Shown here: piece after piece, positions 22,793-35,159 of the stretch | Layout: each line of letters opens with the position of its first letter | Numbering within the stretch: position 1 is the stretch's first letter | Assembly: GCF_030144855.1 (NCBI RefSeq) | Contig: NC_082727.1 | Location: 18,724,001 to 18,788,000, forward strand | Direction: 5' to 3' | DNA length: 64,000 bases | Source of the DNA: Hypanus sabinus | Lineage: Eukaryota | Translations under genes and position numbers: made by a program | The notes under the pieces: generated by a model | Databases searched by the model: none | Told to the model about the DNA's origin: nothing | Seen by the model: the letters and a program-made list of their open reading frames with translations, nothing else

Positions 22793-25700
22793 GTACGAAG
22801 CGTGGCGCGATCATTCGTTAGCTTAGTGATAGGCAATGAGGGTTTAAAAAAAATAATTTGAGGAAAGGTCTTGAAGTCACATTTGTGCAGCCAGTATTAT
22901 AAGACATGCTTTAACATTTTTTATAGAACAGTCTAGATTATCTTTAAAATCAAAGCTAGTTGTGCTACTGTCCCCAAGTACCCGTTACAAGCTCTTTGAA
23001 ATAAATTTGTTTTGCGGTCTGTAATAATGCATGATCAACGATTCCTGAAGCTGCAGTTAATTTTTAGAAATGGGTTCAGTTTTTAAGCTGGCTCACTTTG
23101 CATATGAAAGTCAGTTGCAGCGTAAAATTAATTGTACAAATTTTCCATTCCCCTTCCCTTTAAAAAAAAAAAAAAATTTTTTTAAAATTGAAGGTTAAGT
23201 AAAGTGTTTCCCTACCATATGGTATGTTTCAGTTTACTGAATATTGCATTATCCCTCCCGAATAGCATGTAACTTGGGTACTGCTCAGGACTGTATCTCA
23301 CTAGTGGATTGAGAGGAAGGCTTCCTTATTCCTAGCCAGGTTTTGAACTCGTTTTGAATTGATCCAATAAAACGAGTAAGACCCAGAAATTGAAGCTTTC
23401 CCTCTTGTGCTGCAGTGCTGAACCTGTCAGATGACTGTAATGGTATGGAGTGCATACTGGTGATCAGAAGTTCACACATTTGGAATGGTGAGATAGAGGA
23501 AAGCCAAAGTGAATTGAATTTTTCATATCGCTCACAGTTAAAAATCTTGCTGGGAAAATTGCCTTATTGAGGGCTTCAGTGTATTTGTCTCTTGCCTTGT
23601 TCCTGAAAATAATGTAGAGTTGGTTTCTCTGTGCAAGAATCAACGCAGGCTTCAATTTCTTCAGTTAGGAAAGCCGATAAGAGAAAACCGATATTCTATA
23701 GGTCTACACAGAACCTAAACATTTAACTGCTTTTATTTTTTACTGCTGACTCTATAGTTCTGATTTTCAGATGGCTCTATTTGGCACTTCGATCAGCCTA
23801 TTCAATCAGAATCATTTAGTCATCTGCTGAAAGAGTGCTCCATATAGACCTGTTCCTCCCAAGCTACCTGTCCTATCAGTAATGTCAGTAGCAATAAGAA
23901 ATGTTATTTGCCCAAGTAAGCTTGGAGTCTTTGTCATCAAAGCATGGGTTTGGTTAAAGACATTCCTTAAAGCTTATTTACGGAGGGGTGAAGTCTTTGA
24001 TGTTTGTCAGAAACCTGAGTTGCCTATAGTGTCTACAGTGGAGATGCAGCCTGCTGCCACTGATGAGAGTTGCCCAGTGTTGAAGGATATTGGAGGCAGA
24101 AATATATAAAATCTGGACGCAACAATTAGTTCTAGACACTGCTATTGGTAAACAAAGACTTCCCATTTTCTCTTAAAGTGTCTTCTTCCCTAACTTTCTA
24201 AATTGTTTTTGGTGAGCGTGTCTTTTCCTCACCTCTTATTAAATGTTAAATGCTCAGTGTCTGCCTAGAATTTAGAATGGAGAGAGTATTTACTAAGCCC
24301 ACCAGAATTTTCTAGGTTCTGCATTCTATCATGACGTCAGCTCAGACCGCATTGACCTGTGCCTGTTTATTGATGTGTGTGGAACAAAGCCACTTTGTCT
24401 GACTCAATTACTGACTTGGCTGATATGTCTGACATAGTTAACTATCCAGATTCCAAAGTGCTTTTTGTCTGGCTTCCTCTTTTGCTCTCTGATTGAAGCT
24501 TTGTATGTAGTCACCCAGCACTGCAGTGGTTATCAGCCATTCTGTGAAGGTGCTTGACCGGAAGCTAAAGAAATAATCTATTTGAACTGCAGTGGAAACT
24601 GAGCTGCAACCAATTCATATCAGATAATATTCTTCAGTGTTGCTTTAGTTCTGCTCCTTTGTTCACTTTCACTTTTTCCAATCCCATTGCTATCAGTGAG
24701 CATCACTGTGGTCAGACTTTAATGCAGGACTGTAGAGGATATTTATGCAGTTAGATTCAACTACTTAGTTGCAAGTAGTTCTGGATCTTTAGGTTCTTAA
24801 GGGATCTGTCACGTGTATATGCTGTGCTAGATTCTGCAGGCTATCCAGTTCGGTGTTCCCCTCCCTGTTCCCTTTTGTTGAGGAAGTACAGTGTTCACAG
24901 TGGTGAAACAGTCACAGTGACTGCACTTGTTCGCCTTGCACTGTAAAGTGGCCCATGATTGTAAAAGGCACTGTATGAATGTGAACCTTGTTCATGCTTC
25001 TGATCAAGGTGAGCAGGGTTGAAGCCTAGTCCTTCAACTGGTACACAGATTCTGACTGAATTTCTACTACAGATCCAGACCACAAAATGGAAAACGCTAA
25101 GAACTTTAGAGTGCCTATCTTGGATACCTGATGTTTATTTAAGCCATCAGCTATCTGCTTGGATGAACCTGGAACCGAAGAGACCTGCCCTGGTTGACAA
25201 CAGTCTGGAGCTTGCTTTGAATGATTACCTCCTTAGAAAACTTTTGGTCAAACATGCTGAAGAACATGGAAGGAACAAGTTAAGCAGGTGGGAGTGACCC
25301 AGACTTCATGTGCAGGACCTGATTTTTCCAATCCTTGGAAGAACAAGAGTGAGCTTGTGAAGCCATCTCAATTTGTCTACAGAATGCTGCCTTACTCTGA
25401 CAATTACGACTGTTTTTCCATGTGGAGGCTTTTATCGTTGGATTTTGTGCGAGAACTGAGAGATGCCATAGGTCATTATGGTTAAGCTTTCAATGATTCT
25501 GCTGATCAGTTGGTTCACAGTGATGCTCGGCCTATTGAAAGACACAATACTGCAGATGTTGGAATTCTGGAAGAACAATCTTGAAAATACTCAAGATTCC
25601 TGGCAGCCTTTCTGGGAATGAAGTGTTGCCTCTTTTTTCTCTCCACTGGAGTACTTCCAGCACTTACACATTTGAATTAAGGTTTACCCTATATTTGGTC

Positions 25701-26187
25701 TATAACCAGCATAGGTCGTTTTTTCTGTTTAAACAAACAAATTCTAGTACCAAATGTCATCTGACAAGAGGAGCACCAAAATGTGACTTCATTTAAGGTA
25801 TTGCTTAGGGCTGCAATGGGACTTGTGGAATACCAATATTTGAGTGTTATTCAAGCTTCCCAAAGACAATGGAAAAACTTGGGATTATTCCATGCACATT
25901 TTTAAATAAAGCATTTGTAAAGAGCCACAGTAGAAATTTCTCAAGTTGTGGGTGGCACTTGTTTGGTTAATAGATGGTTGTTTCATTTTACTACTTTACA
26001 AAAACAAGTGGGCAAAAAGAATGAATCATTACAGCCCTAAATCTTGTAAGAGGTAGTCTAGGTCAGACAGGGCATTTCTTGCTGCGCGCTTTTTCTTTCT
26101 GTTGAGAAGGTGGTGTATTGCTTTTGCGGAAAAGTAAGACCACAGGAAGCCCCCACGTAACATTCTCCGCTTGGATCTGATCAACAG

Positions 26188-26273
26188 GGTGTCGTAGTCA
26201 ATCTTCAGCACAGTTCTTGAGTGGCGACCAAGAACCCTGGGCCTTTAGAGGTGGTCTAGCAGGAGAGTTTCAG
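26188..26273 (+). CDS. OGA: OGA exon 11 ([29 protein letters not shown])
   Basis: tcaacag / gtattc boundaries; EPWAFRGGL motif; both splice sites are weak. Confidence 0.97.
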
Positions 26274-27220
26274 GTATTCAACGAATTCCCACTGACTGAT
26301 TTTGTTTTTTCTTCATTTTGAAAGAGAAACACTGTATAAAAAGCAAGGATTGGTCTGTTGATGGCTAGCTGGTTTTCTGAGTAGAATTTGGTACATTTGG
26401 TACTGGCACTAATTTGCTTTCTTTTCAGTTAGAAGGAGATGTTGGAATCCCACTGCGCATGCGTGCACTGCAAATTTTAGTTCACATGTGGTTGACAGAA
26501 ACGTTCCTTTGCAGGTTGCGCAACAGTTACTCAGCACTGGCGCAGCGTGCTCAGATCTTGAAGTTCCATGAACAAGGGTGACCAAGTAATGATGAACATT
26601 CAGCCTCTTAAAGTGTAGGTGGGGTGGAGGGTGGGAAATAAATGACCAGGCTTTGACTTCAATAGAAGTACAGTTTAACTCCCCTTGCCATTGGTGCTCA
26701 ATGGACTCGTAGGTGAGTTGATGGATAAAGATATTCCTGACTGTTGCTGAATCTTGGTTTTCCCTAAAGGTTCATGGAGCTTCACCGCGCTGTTTTTCTT
26801 TTCTCCCCTACAGGTGCTTTTACGCGCAGCCTGCGAAACCGCGCTTGCGAAGAAGCTCTGGATGCACGGCTTCGACAGCCAGTTAACCCTCTCCAGACCA
26901 AACCTCCCCCCCAAAAAATTCCTTGCTCCCACCCTTCAAAAGAAATATTTGACTTTTTTAAAAAAAGCTTGTAATCCACAAATTCCATCGTAAGTGCAGT
27001 GATTTCCACATCTTCACTTATTTGCTGCAGTAGATACTAGTTGGTATTTAGCATGTAAGACATACAGTTGATGTCATCTGGTTATTACACAGATGGTTGT
27101 CTTACAAGGTGTCTTCAGTAGCAAATGAGTTTGAGATTGGAAGGTATGTTATGTGGAGCAGATACTAATGTCCAAATTCTGATGTAGAACTATACTGACT
27201 AAGCTGTTTATTCTTCGCAG

Positions 27221-27325
27221 CGTTTATTGCCCATTGATGGGGCAAATGATCTCTTCTACCAGCCTCCACCCCCCATGCCAACCTCAAAAGTCTATGCAAT
27301 TAGACCGTACTTTCCAAAAGATGAG
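27221..27325 (+). CDS. OGA: OGA exon 12 ([35 protein letters not shown])
   Basis: tcgcag / gtgagt boundaries. Confidence 0.97.
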
Positions 27326-27574
27326 GTGAGTGGTGTTTCATAATAATTTAATTAAAATCAGTTTTAGAACTAGAGGCATGGTAAGTAAGTTGTTGATAAG
27401 ATCACTTGGAGTTTTGTGTACAGTTTTGGAAAGACATTATCAAGCAGGAGAGGATGCAGAAAAGATTTCAGAGGATGAAGTGTCTCGACCATTTCTCTCC
27501 ATACATTCTACCTGACTCTGTATATCTGTATTTTTCTGGATATCCATCATCTGCAGAATCTCCTGTGCTTCAGA

Positions 27575-28020
27575 TTTAAGAGGACACTACCTGTATTAGA
27601 GGCTTTGAATTATATGGAGAGCTTGATCATGCTGGATATTTATTCCCTGTATCATAGGGGGATGAGAAGTTGCCTCATAGAAGTTTATAACATCTTGTAA
27701 GGTACAGACAAGACTGGACGATCATAAACTCTTCCCAGGGTTTGAGAGCCCAACTCTACAGGGCACAAAAACAAGATGAGGAGAGGATTGAGACCTGAGA
27801 GAGAACTACTTTATCCAGAGGGAAGTGAGCACCAGGAATGATCTGCCAGAGGAAGTGGTCAATGTGGCTGCAATGGCAACAATTTAAGAGGCATTTAGAT
27901 AGGGACATGGTGGGGCGGGGCTTGGAGGGCTATGGGCTGAAAGCAGGCAACTGGGTCTAAAAGCAAGAAATCTCTAGTTGGGCCCAAGAGCCTGTTTCCC
28001 TGCTGTCTTTCTCTAACTCT
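27575..28020 (+). mobile_element. CR1 LINE 3' fragment
   Basis: Typical CR1 3' coding/UTR relic. Confidence 0.65.
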
Positions 28021-29541
28021 AAACCAAAAGGTGTTATCTGTACAGAATGTAACATGGGAATGAGATGGTGGATACTGAGTACAGTTATGATAGGCTTGCC
28101 CTTTTCACCAGTGAATCAAAGTTTATAATTCAATGTAGGTAACTCCTATTTATTATATCCATTGGATTATGTCCATTATAATGCTGAAATTACAGAATGA
28201 ATTGAGCATAATTAGATTAAATGTAAGCAAGCCAAACTGCTGGATGATCATGACTAACGTCAAAATCCTAGCTTTTGTTTTCATGTAAAGTAAGATGTAA
28301 CTGAACTTTAGTTGAGTTACTTTGCTCTGTGAAGCCAGCCATGCAGGAACTGCACAGTCGAGCCACGTTCCCCTGGCATGAGACTCTGGAGATTTGTTGC
28401 AGCATGTTATTGCTGTCTGTACACAGAAGCCCCTTATATAGAATCTTATCTATATTTCCATCAGTTATTCAGTTGCTCTTGAAGCAATTCTTCATTGTGG
28501 CTCGTCATCAGCTCTTCCACATTTCCCTTCATTATTAATGATTTTAATCCCTCTTCTTATGCTTTAATGTGAAGAAAGTATCTTAAATGTCTGCACCTTT
28601 TGGCAATTTTGACCAATAATAGTATTCACAATTTATAATCCCTTCATACGTTAGAAATGACATTATTAAAGGTCCTATTGACTATCTCTTCAGCAGACAT
28701 TGTTGTGTTTGGAGTTCTCAAAGCCTACTTGCACTAAATCAGGTCAGATTGGCCTGTTCTTAGCATTCCTACACTGCAAGGAGAATTGTAACCTGGGTTC
28801 TATTAAATCTTCAAAACAGAATGCAATGCAAGTTAATGGGGTAAGACTGGAAGTGGAATAATATTTGGATTTCTCCAAAAGTTTGCAGTATGTTAGCGTA
28901 ACAGTTGGTGTAATTATTATTATTACAGACCAGTGACCCAGGTTTAATTTTGCCATTGTTTGTAAGGATTTTGTATGTTCTCCTCAAGACCAGGTGCTCT
29001 GGTATCCTCCCACATGGTTAATGGGTTAATTGGTCACAAGGGTATTGTTGGGCCAGAAGGGCCTGTTATCCCTAAATAAAGTAGACTATATGGATTAATG
29101 GTTTTGCAATGTCTTTGTCGGAATCCAATCTGGCAAGATCTTGGTCCAAAAGCCGGGGCCATTATTGGGCAAGTTTCTGTGATTATTGCTTTAATTTAGT
29201 CAAGGCTGTTTGGGTTGGGCGTCTTTTATGTTCAAAATATCCAGCAACCTAATTAAACATTGCATCTACTCTCGTATTCTGCAATATCAGAAACAAGTGC
29301 ACCACTGTTGGTGTTCTTCACTCCCATTTTGGGAAGAAGCAAAGTTGAACATTTCATTTCATTGGGACTTTGGACTCCGTACTGTTGAACCCCACTGGAT
29401 CATCTGACTGCTTCCATATCTCCAGTGTTCCTAAAATAGTGATTGCAGGTAAAAGAATCTGGGGAAACTGGAATTCTCTATGGCCACTATGTCCTCTGAC
29501 AGTGAGTTTACTTGGTGAGTTTGATATTAGATTGTCTAGTC

Positions 29542-31127
29542 CAGGGGTCAGCAACCTTTACCACTGAAAGAGCCACTTGGACCCGTTTCCCACAGAAAAG
29601 AAAACACTGGGAGCCGCAAAACCCGTTTGACATTTAAAATGAAATAACACTGCATACAACGTTTTTTTTGCCTTTATGCTATGTATAAACAAACTATAAT
29701 GTGTTGCATTTATGAAATTGATGAACTCCTGCAGAGAAAACGAAATTACATTTCTGCATGCAACAAAAACATTTTGAACTCCGAAAAAAAGACGTTGGGT
29801 TGAAAGTTACTTTTAAGTAAAATATTCAATGTCTATTTGAGTCCTTCTTGTATTTATGAAAAACGCCGAACTTAAATTTTCCGCCAGCAGCAAACCAAAA
29901 ATAACGTCAGCCAGCTGTCATCCTGAAAAATGAAAGGACTATTTCACTGAACAATGAAAAAATATGAATATAAGTAAAATAATAGGCAATTAAAATATTT
30001 ATCATACTTGGTTAATGGGATTTCTGCTCCTGGACCTCAGCGCACAGCGTCTGCACATCAGGGCTGTATGATGTCACCTTCATCTTTACACAGGATCGCA
30101 AGCTGTCATCTGTGAGGTTTTCAATATCACTCCATTTGTGTTTCTGAGCAAGAACGGCCTTCTGACGGGCAACATCTTCAAGGTCTGCTGTCAAGCGTCT
30201 AAACTTGGACACCCATATGTCTTTGTCGGCTATGTCGGCCAGTTCCATCTCAAGATCAGGTTGACTCACACCTGCCAATGCAGTCGTATTCAGTAGGGAA
30301 GGATCGATGCTTAAGGGAGTGACCGGGAAGGATAATGTGTTTTTTTCCTCTCTGAACTCACAGAAGCGTTTCCCAAACGATGTTTGCATTGCGATGATTG
30401 CAGAATGTAAATACTCCGAAATTATCATGTCGTGACCTTGTTTGAACTCTCTCAAATTGGGGAAGTGAGACAATGTGCCTTTCTGTAAATCTCTGGCAAG
30501 CACTGTCAACTTGCGCTCGAATGCCAAAACATCCTCCAACATGTGCAGGGCTGTACGTCCTTTCCCCTGAAGAGCTGTGTTCAGCGTGTTCAGGTGCGCT
30601 GTCATGTCTACCATGAAGTGTAGCTTTTCCAGCCACTCTGGCTGTTCCAGCTCAGGAAAGGTGAGCCCTTTGCTGCCCAGGAAAGTTTTCACTTCTTCCA
30701 GACACGCGACAAAGCGTTTCAGCACCTTCCGTCTGGACAGCCAGCGATAAAAACACGTTGTAGCGGTGTCAGTAAACTGCAGTCAAAGATAGCTTTATTC
30801 GAACTAAACAGCCTTGCTTTTAAGCCTCCCTCAACCCAGCCCCCATGGACGCAGATGCTGCAAAAGACGCGTACTCACAAACCCCCGTAGGCTATCTCCC
30901 TTAGCCGGAATGCTGGCTAATTGTGAGCCGTTTCGGATGTGGCAGGAAATGTGTCGCTACACTTAGGTTGTACAAGATCACCATAATTACATTTCAAAAG
31001 CTAACAAACTAACATAAAATACATTTTAATTAAATACTGACCAATTATTACCCAAAGCCACAGGGAGCCGCAGCACAGAGGTGAAAGAGCCACAAATGGC
31101 TCGGGAGCCGCAGGTTGCCGACCCCCG
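29542..31127 (-). mobile_element. Non-autonomous hAT (Charlie/SPIN-like) transposon with a 237-aa transposase remnant
   Basis: TIRs CAGGGGTCAGCAACCT and rc CGGGGGTCGGCAACCT; perfect 8-bp TSD GTCTAGTC (29534-29541, 31128-31135); ORF 30012..30725 preceded in frame by the RWLS motif. Confidence 0.95.
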
Positions 31128-33399
31128 GTCTAGTCAGTCACCTCTTGAACTTAGTTGATGTAACTTTTGAGCCAAGGTGATGGTCTCTATTGTAGTGACC
31201 CTGATACCTATGAAGGTGTACACATCTAAACTCCATTGTAGTATTCAGGTAATAAATATTTGGATACTTGGAGGAAAAGAAATCAAGTTCATTTTCATTC
31301 AACCATACACGTGTATACCACCAAACAAAGCAACATTACTTCAGACCATGGTGTACGACAGAGCATATAACTCGAACCGATTACACAAAGTAATAAGTAC
31401 ACGTGATCAAATAATAAGGTGCATATATAAAGCAAGTTTAAAAAGTACAGTATAACATTACTGATGCTTCATATGTGATAAGATGTGGGTATATTTAGAG
31501 CCAGATAGGTTCTTGATTGGTAAGGGGGTTAAGGGTTATGGGGAGAAGGTGGGAGAATGGGATGGGGAAAAAAAAACCCAGAAGCAATGGCAGAGCAGAA
31601 TGTATGTGCTGAATAGCTTGACTCTTGCTCCTATATCATAAGTGCTTAATGGTCTTATGGATATCGAGATTATTCCAAATCTGGAGTGGGAAAGTAATAT
31701 CTGGAGAGCTTGAGCAGTGTCTGTGGTGGGAGAAAATGACAACATTTCTTGTCTGCCCTGATGCAGGTTTCAACCTGAAACAATTCCTTCCCCTTTATTT
31801 GCCAAACCAATGGACTTGAGATCCTATAGCTCTTTTGAGAGATTTCTGGACAGATCTGAGTTTCATCATTGCCATCTGAAACCTGTGTTACCTTGTAATC
31901 AGCTTTGTTAATGGATCTGGTTCCTGAATTGAGAGCAAAGAACTATTTGGAGGTTCTGAATTTAGTTAAAATTCTGCATGCAATTATTTAAAGCTCTGTT
32001 ACATCCAATCATGCTTTGAACAAAACCTTGTCTCTTGTATTTGGAATTACATGGGTGTTGCCTCAGACTTCATCAAAGCTATTGTTTATCACCAGCCTTC
32101 TCAGTCTTGTGAAGACACTGGGTCTGAGTGTGTATCAATTACACTCAAGTTTCAGAGTTTCTTTTTACTGTAAAGATCTTGATTTGTAATTTAGAGGAAG
32201 AATGATTTATTTCGTCAAAACTAAATGCTTTGTATCTACTCAGTCCAGATTCTTGTGCTGCAAGACAATGGTTAAGACTATACTAGTCTTGCCCACTTCT
32301 CAGCAATCTCTTCAGTTTGTTGTAAAGTTCTGATCTAGTCCTTTGGTCTGGCTCATTCATTGTTAAGCTCTTTGGTACCTTGGCAGATCTTGGCTGGTTT
32401 CTCGCTATGACTGATTTGGATGTTCAACAGTTTGACCATGTGCTCGACCGCCACAGTTCTCTCCAACAAATGGATTGAGAAGTCCCACTACCATTAGCCA
32501 TGGGAACTGAAAAGACCCTGTGGACCTTGTTGCTCTGTATTTGTCATTTCCTGGGAAGTGTGTAGTTGAAGAGTGGCAGACATCCGAAATGGGAACTACT
32601 ACCTGTGTATCACTGAAATAACTGTGCCATAAAAGTGTACATGGAACGGCGGCAGAGCCTTGATGATTGATTCCAAGTGGCACTGAAGATCTCTGCTTAT
32701 GCCTGCAAATGATAACCGTGCTCGCTGCTCCTCTTGGAGCTTTATTTCATTCCAAATTCGCCTCCTATAACTTGGCAGTTTGTGAACTTCATGTCTCGTT
32801 TTAATGATGTCTCCTGGATTCTCCTAATGGAACCACCATTCCTCAGTTGATTTCTGATTCACCAGGTGCTATTTAAGATGCCATAAAATGTTAATGAGCT
32901 TGTGCTGCCTTTAGAAGTTAAATAATTTTCCCCAAACTGAAGGCTGCCCTTTCTCCGTTGTTCTTGTGCTATCATAAACTATTAGTGATTTTCTGATCTG
33001 TAGGTCAGTTACGTCTGCACATCTTTAGTGAAGCAAAAATCTTGGTGCTTTACTGGAGTGCTATAAAATTTGACACAGCCACAGATGACAAAACTTTTGA
33101 CAGGTATGTTTTATGAAGTGTTTAAAGGATAGAGATATGAAATTGGTGGGGGGGGGGGGGGTGGTGTCACTTAAGAGTGTTGCTGGCAGCTGAAAACGTA
33201 ACTGCCTGTCCTAGAGCAGTTTGGTCTAAAGGAGTTCCAGGTTGAGCGCTGTAGCAAGATGGGAATTGAAGCATTCCACAGTAATTTAGGAAAGAGAATT
33301 TTAAATACACTGGGAGCCAGTGCATGTTGCTAAGCATGGGTGATAAAGTATGATTTAAGATTCCAGTTGCCTCATTGCGAGAGTGGAAAGCTAACCCCA

Positions 33400-33860
33400 A
33401 TTCCACAATCCCTTTGGGCTGCATTTGGAGCATTCTGTGCCGTTCTGGTCACCCCTAACAGAGGATGTGGAGGCTTTGGAGAGGGTGCAAAAAACGTTCA
33501 TTAGGCTTAGTGAATTAAAGGAAAGGTTGGTTAAACTGTTTCCTCTAGAGCATTGGAGTCTGAGGGGTAAAATTTATAAATTTTCCCACAATGGAAATGT
33601 CAAATACTAGATGAGATAGCTTTGAAGGGAAAGTTTAAATGAGATATGCAGGGTATTTTTTTTTTTGGACATAGATTGGTAGGTACTGGAATGGGTTTCC
33701 AAGGGTGGTGGTGGTAATGGTACTTGAGTGACATTTAGACAGGTACATGAACACAAGGAGTGGAGAGATCTGGATCACGTGCAGACAGTTTTGGCAATGT
33801 GGTTGGCACGGGCACCATAGAGCCGGTGCTGTTCTGTATACTGTGCTGGATTGTTTCCAT
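33400..33860 (+). mobile_element. CR1 LINE 3' fragment
   Basis: LEHSVPFWSP..DVEALERVQK relic (ORF 33425..33610). Confidence 0.75.
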
Positions 33861-33989
33861 GATGACTCTGGGTGTTGCTTGTCAATACATAGGAAAGGAT
33901 AAAATGTATGCATCCCACAGTATTTTATCAGAATGTTGTATCAGCCCACATTGAGGCACTATATTAACTGGATTTTCTTTTATCCACAG

Positions 33990-34078
33990 GCCTCTGTGTA
34001 TAAAATCTGTAAGGAGATGTATGATGATGAAATGGACAGTGACACAATGTGTGATCAGCCAGATATCATCGGTGACAG
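33990..34078 (+). CDS. OGA: OGA exon 13 (ASVYKICKEMYDDEMDSDTMCDQPDIIGD)
   Basis: ccacag / gtgagt boundaries; start of the pseudo-HAT domain. Confidence 0.95.
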
Positions 34079-34966
34079 GTGAGTATGTTTGGAGAGAGTT
34101 CAGTTGTCCCAAAATTGTCCCTTTTTTTAAAATTGAAGTTTATTTTTGAATTGAAACTAATGGCTTTTAATGGGGAATGGAGTAGCTGGATGCTACTAGT
34201 TAGCTAGTAACTTTGTTACCAGAATTCTGAATGATGACTAATCGTATAAGCAGCTAAGGACTATCTATCTGATGCAGCAGATCCATGTTGAGGACACTGC
34301 TCTGGGCAAATAATACTGAGTCTGAGCTTGTCTTCATGTCAGACTGCTGTCTTTGGGCAAACTACAAAGTTCAAAGTAGATTTACTATCGAAAGTACATA
34401 TGTCATATATACAACCTTGAGGTTCCTTCACAATAAACACAAACAAAAGTATAATAATTCTTGAACATGAAATGAAGAATCCTTGAAAGTGAGTCCAGCG
34501 ATTCTGGGAGCAGTTCACTGATGGGGTGAGTCAAGTTTGAGAGAGGCCTCTGATTTGAGAGACTGATAGTGGGGGGGGGGGGGGGGTGTAGATTGTTTGG
34601 GGTTCCTGTTTCTTGCTGCCAAGTGTTCTTGTTCCTTTTATTGCTGCTGCCAACAGTGCAGACCTCCAAAAAAACTTTAGTAACAGGAGCAGGAATAGGT
34701 TATTCACCCCTTCCTATTCAACGACACCATGGTCTATTGAAACATTTTCTAGCCAATTTGACCAGATCTGGATCAGTCAGTCAGTGGGAGATATCACCCT
34801 CTTTTCAAGCCATTCAGTGTTTAAACATCTTGGGCAAATTTACAGAGAAACATTGTCCATTGATTGTTCTGTAAACAACTCCCAGTATAAGGTGTTGTCT
34901 AATTAATGTTTAGTTATTATGGATGGTGGATGTGAGTATATCTCTGCTGTTCTTGCTGTGTTACAG

Positions 34967-35159
34967 TTTGGTGGGCGGACTTCTCTCACTGAGCCCAGAT
35001 TATTGCTTCGTGTTGGAAGATGAGGGCAGCATATGTGGCTATGCCCTTGGCACGGTGGATGTGAAACCATATGCTAGAAAGTGTAAAGTTTCCTGGATAC
35101 CTGCTATGCGGGAGAAATACGTTAAACCAGAAACTAATAAAGAACTCTCGGAACAACAG
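34967..35159 (+). CDS. OGA: OGA exon 14 ([28 protein letters not shown]...KELSEQQ)
   Basis: ttacag / gtaatt boundaries; 193 nt. Confidence 0.97.

Noticed and set aside
26588-26740. C/D snoRNA (ATGATGA ... CTGA) in intron 11
   Set aside because: No convincing terminal stem or recognisable guide; the box motifs are too short to be significant.
30012-30725. 237-aa ORF as a domesticated GTF2IRD2/ZBED-like gene
   Set aside because: It lies between TIRs and a perfect TSD and lacks the N-terminal and dimerisation segments. It is a deleted transposase.
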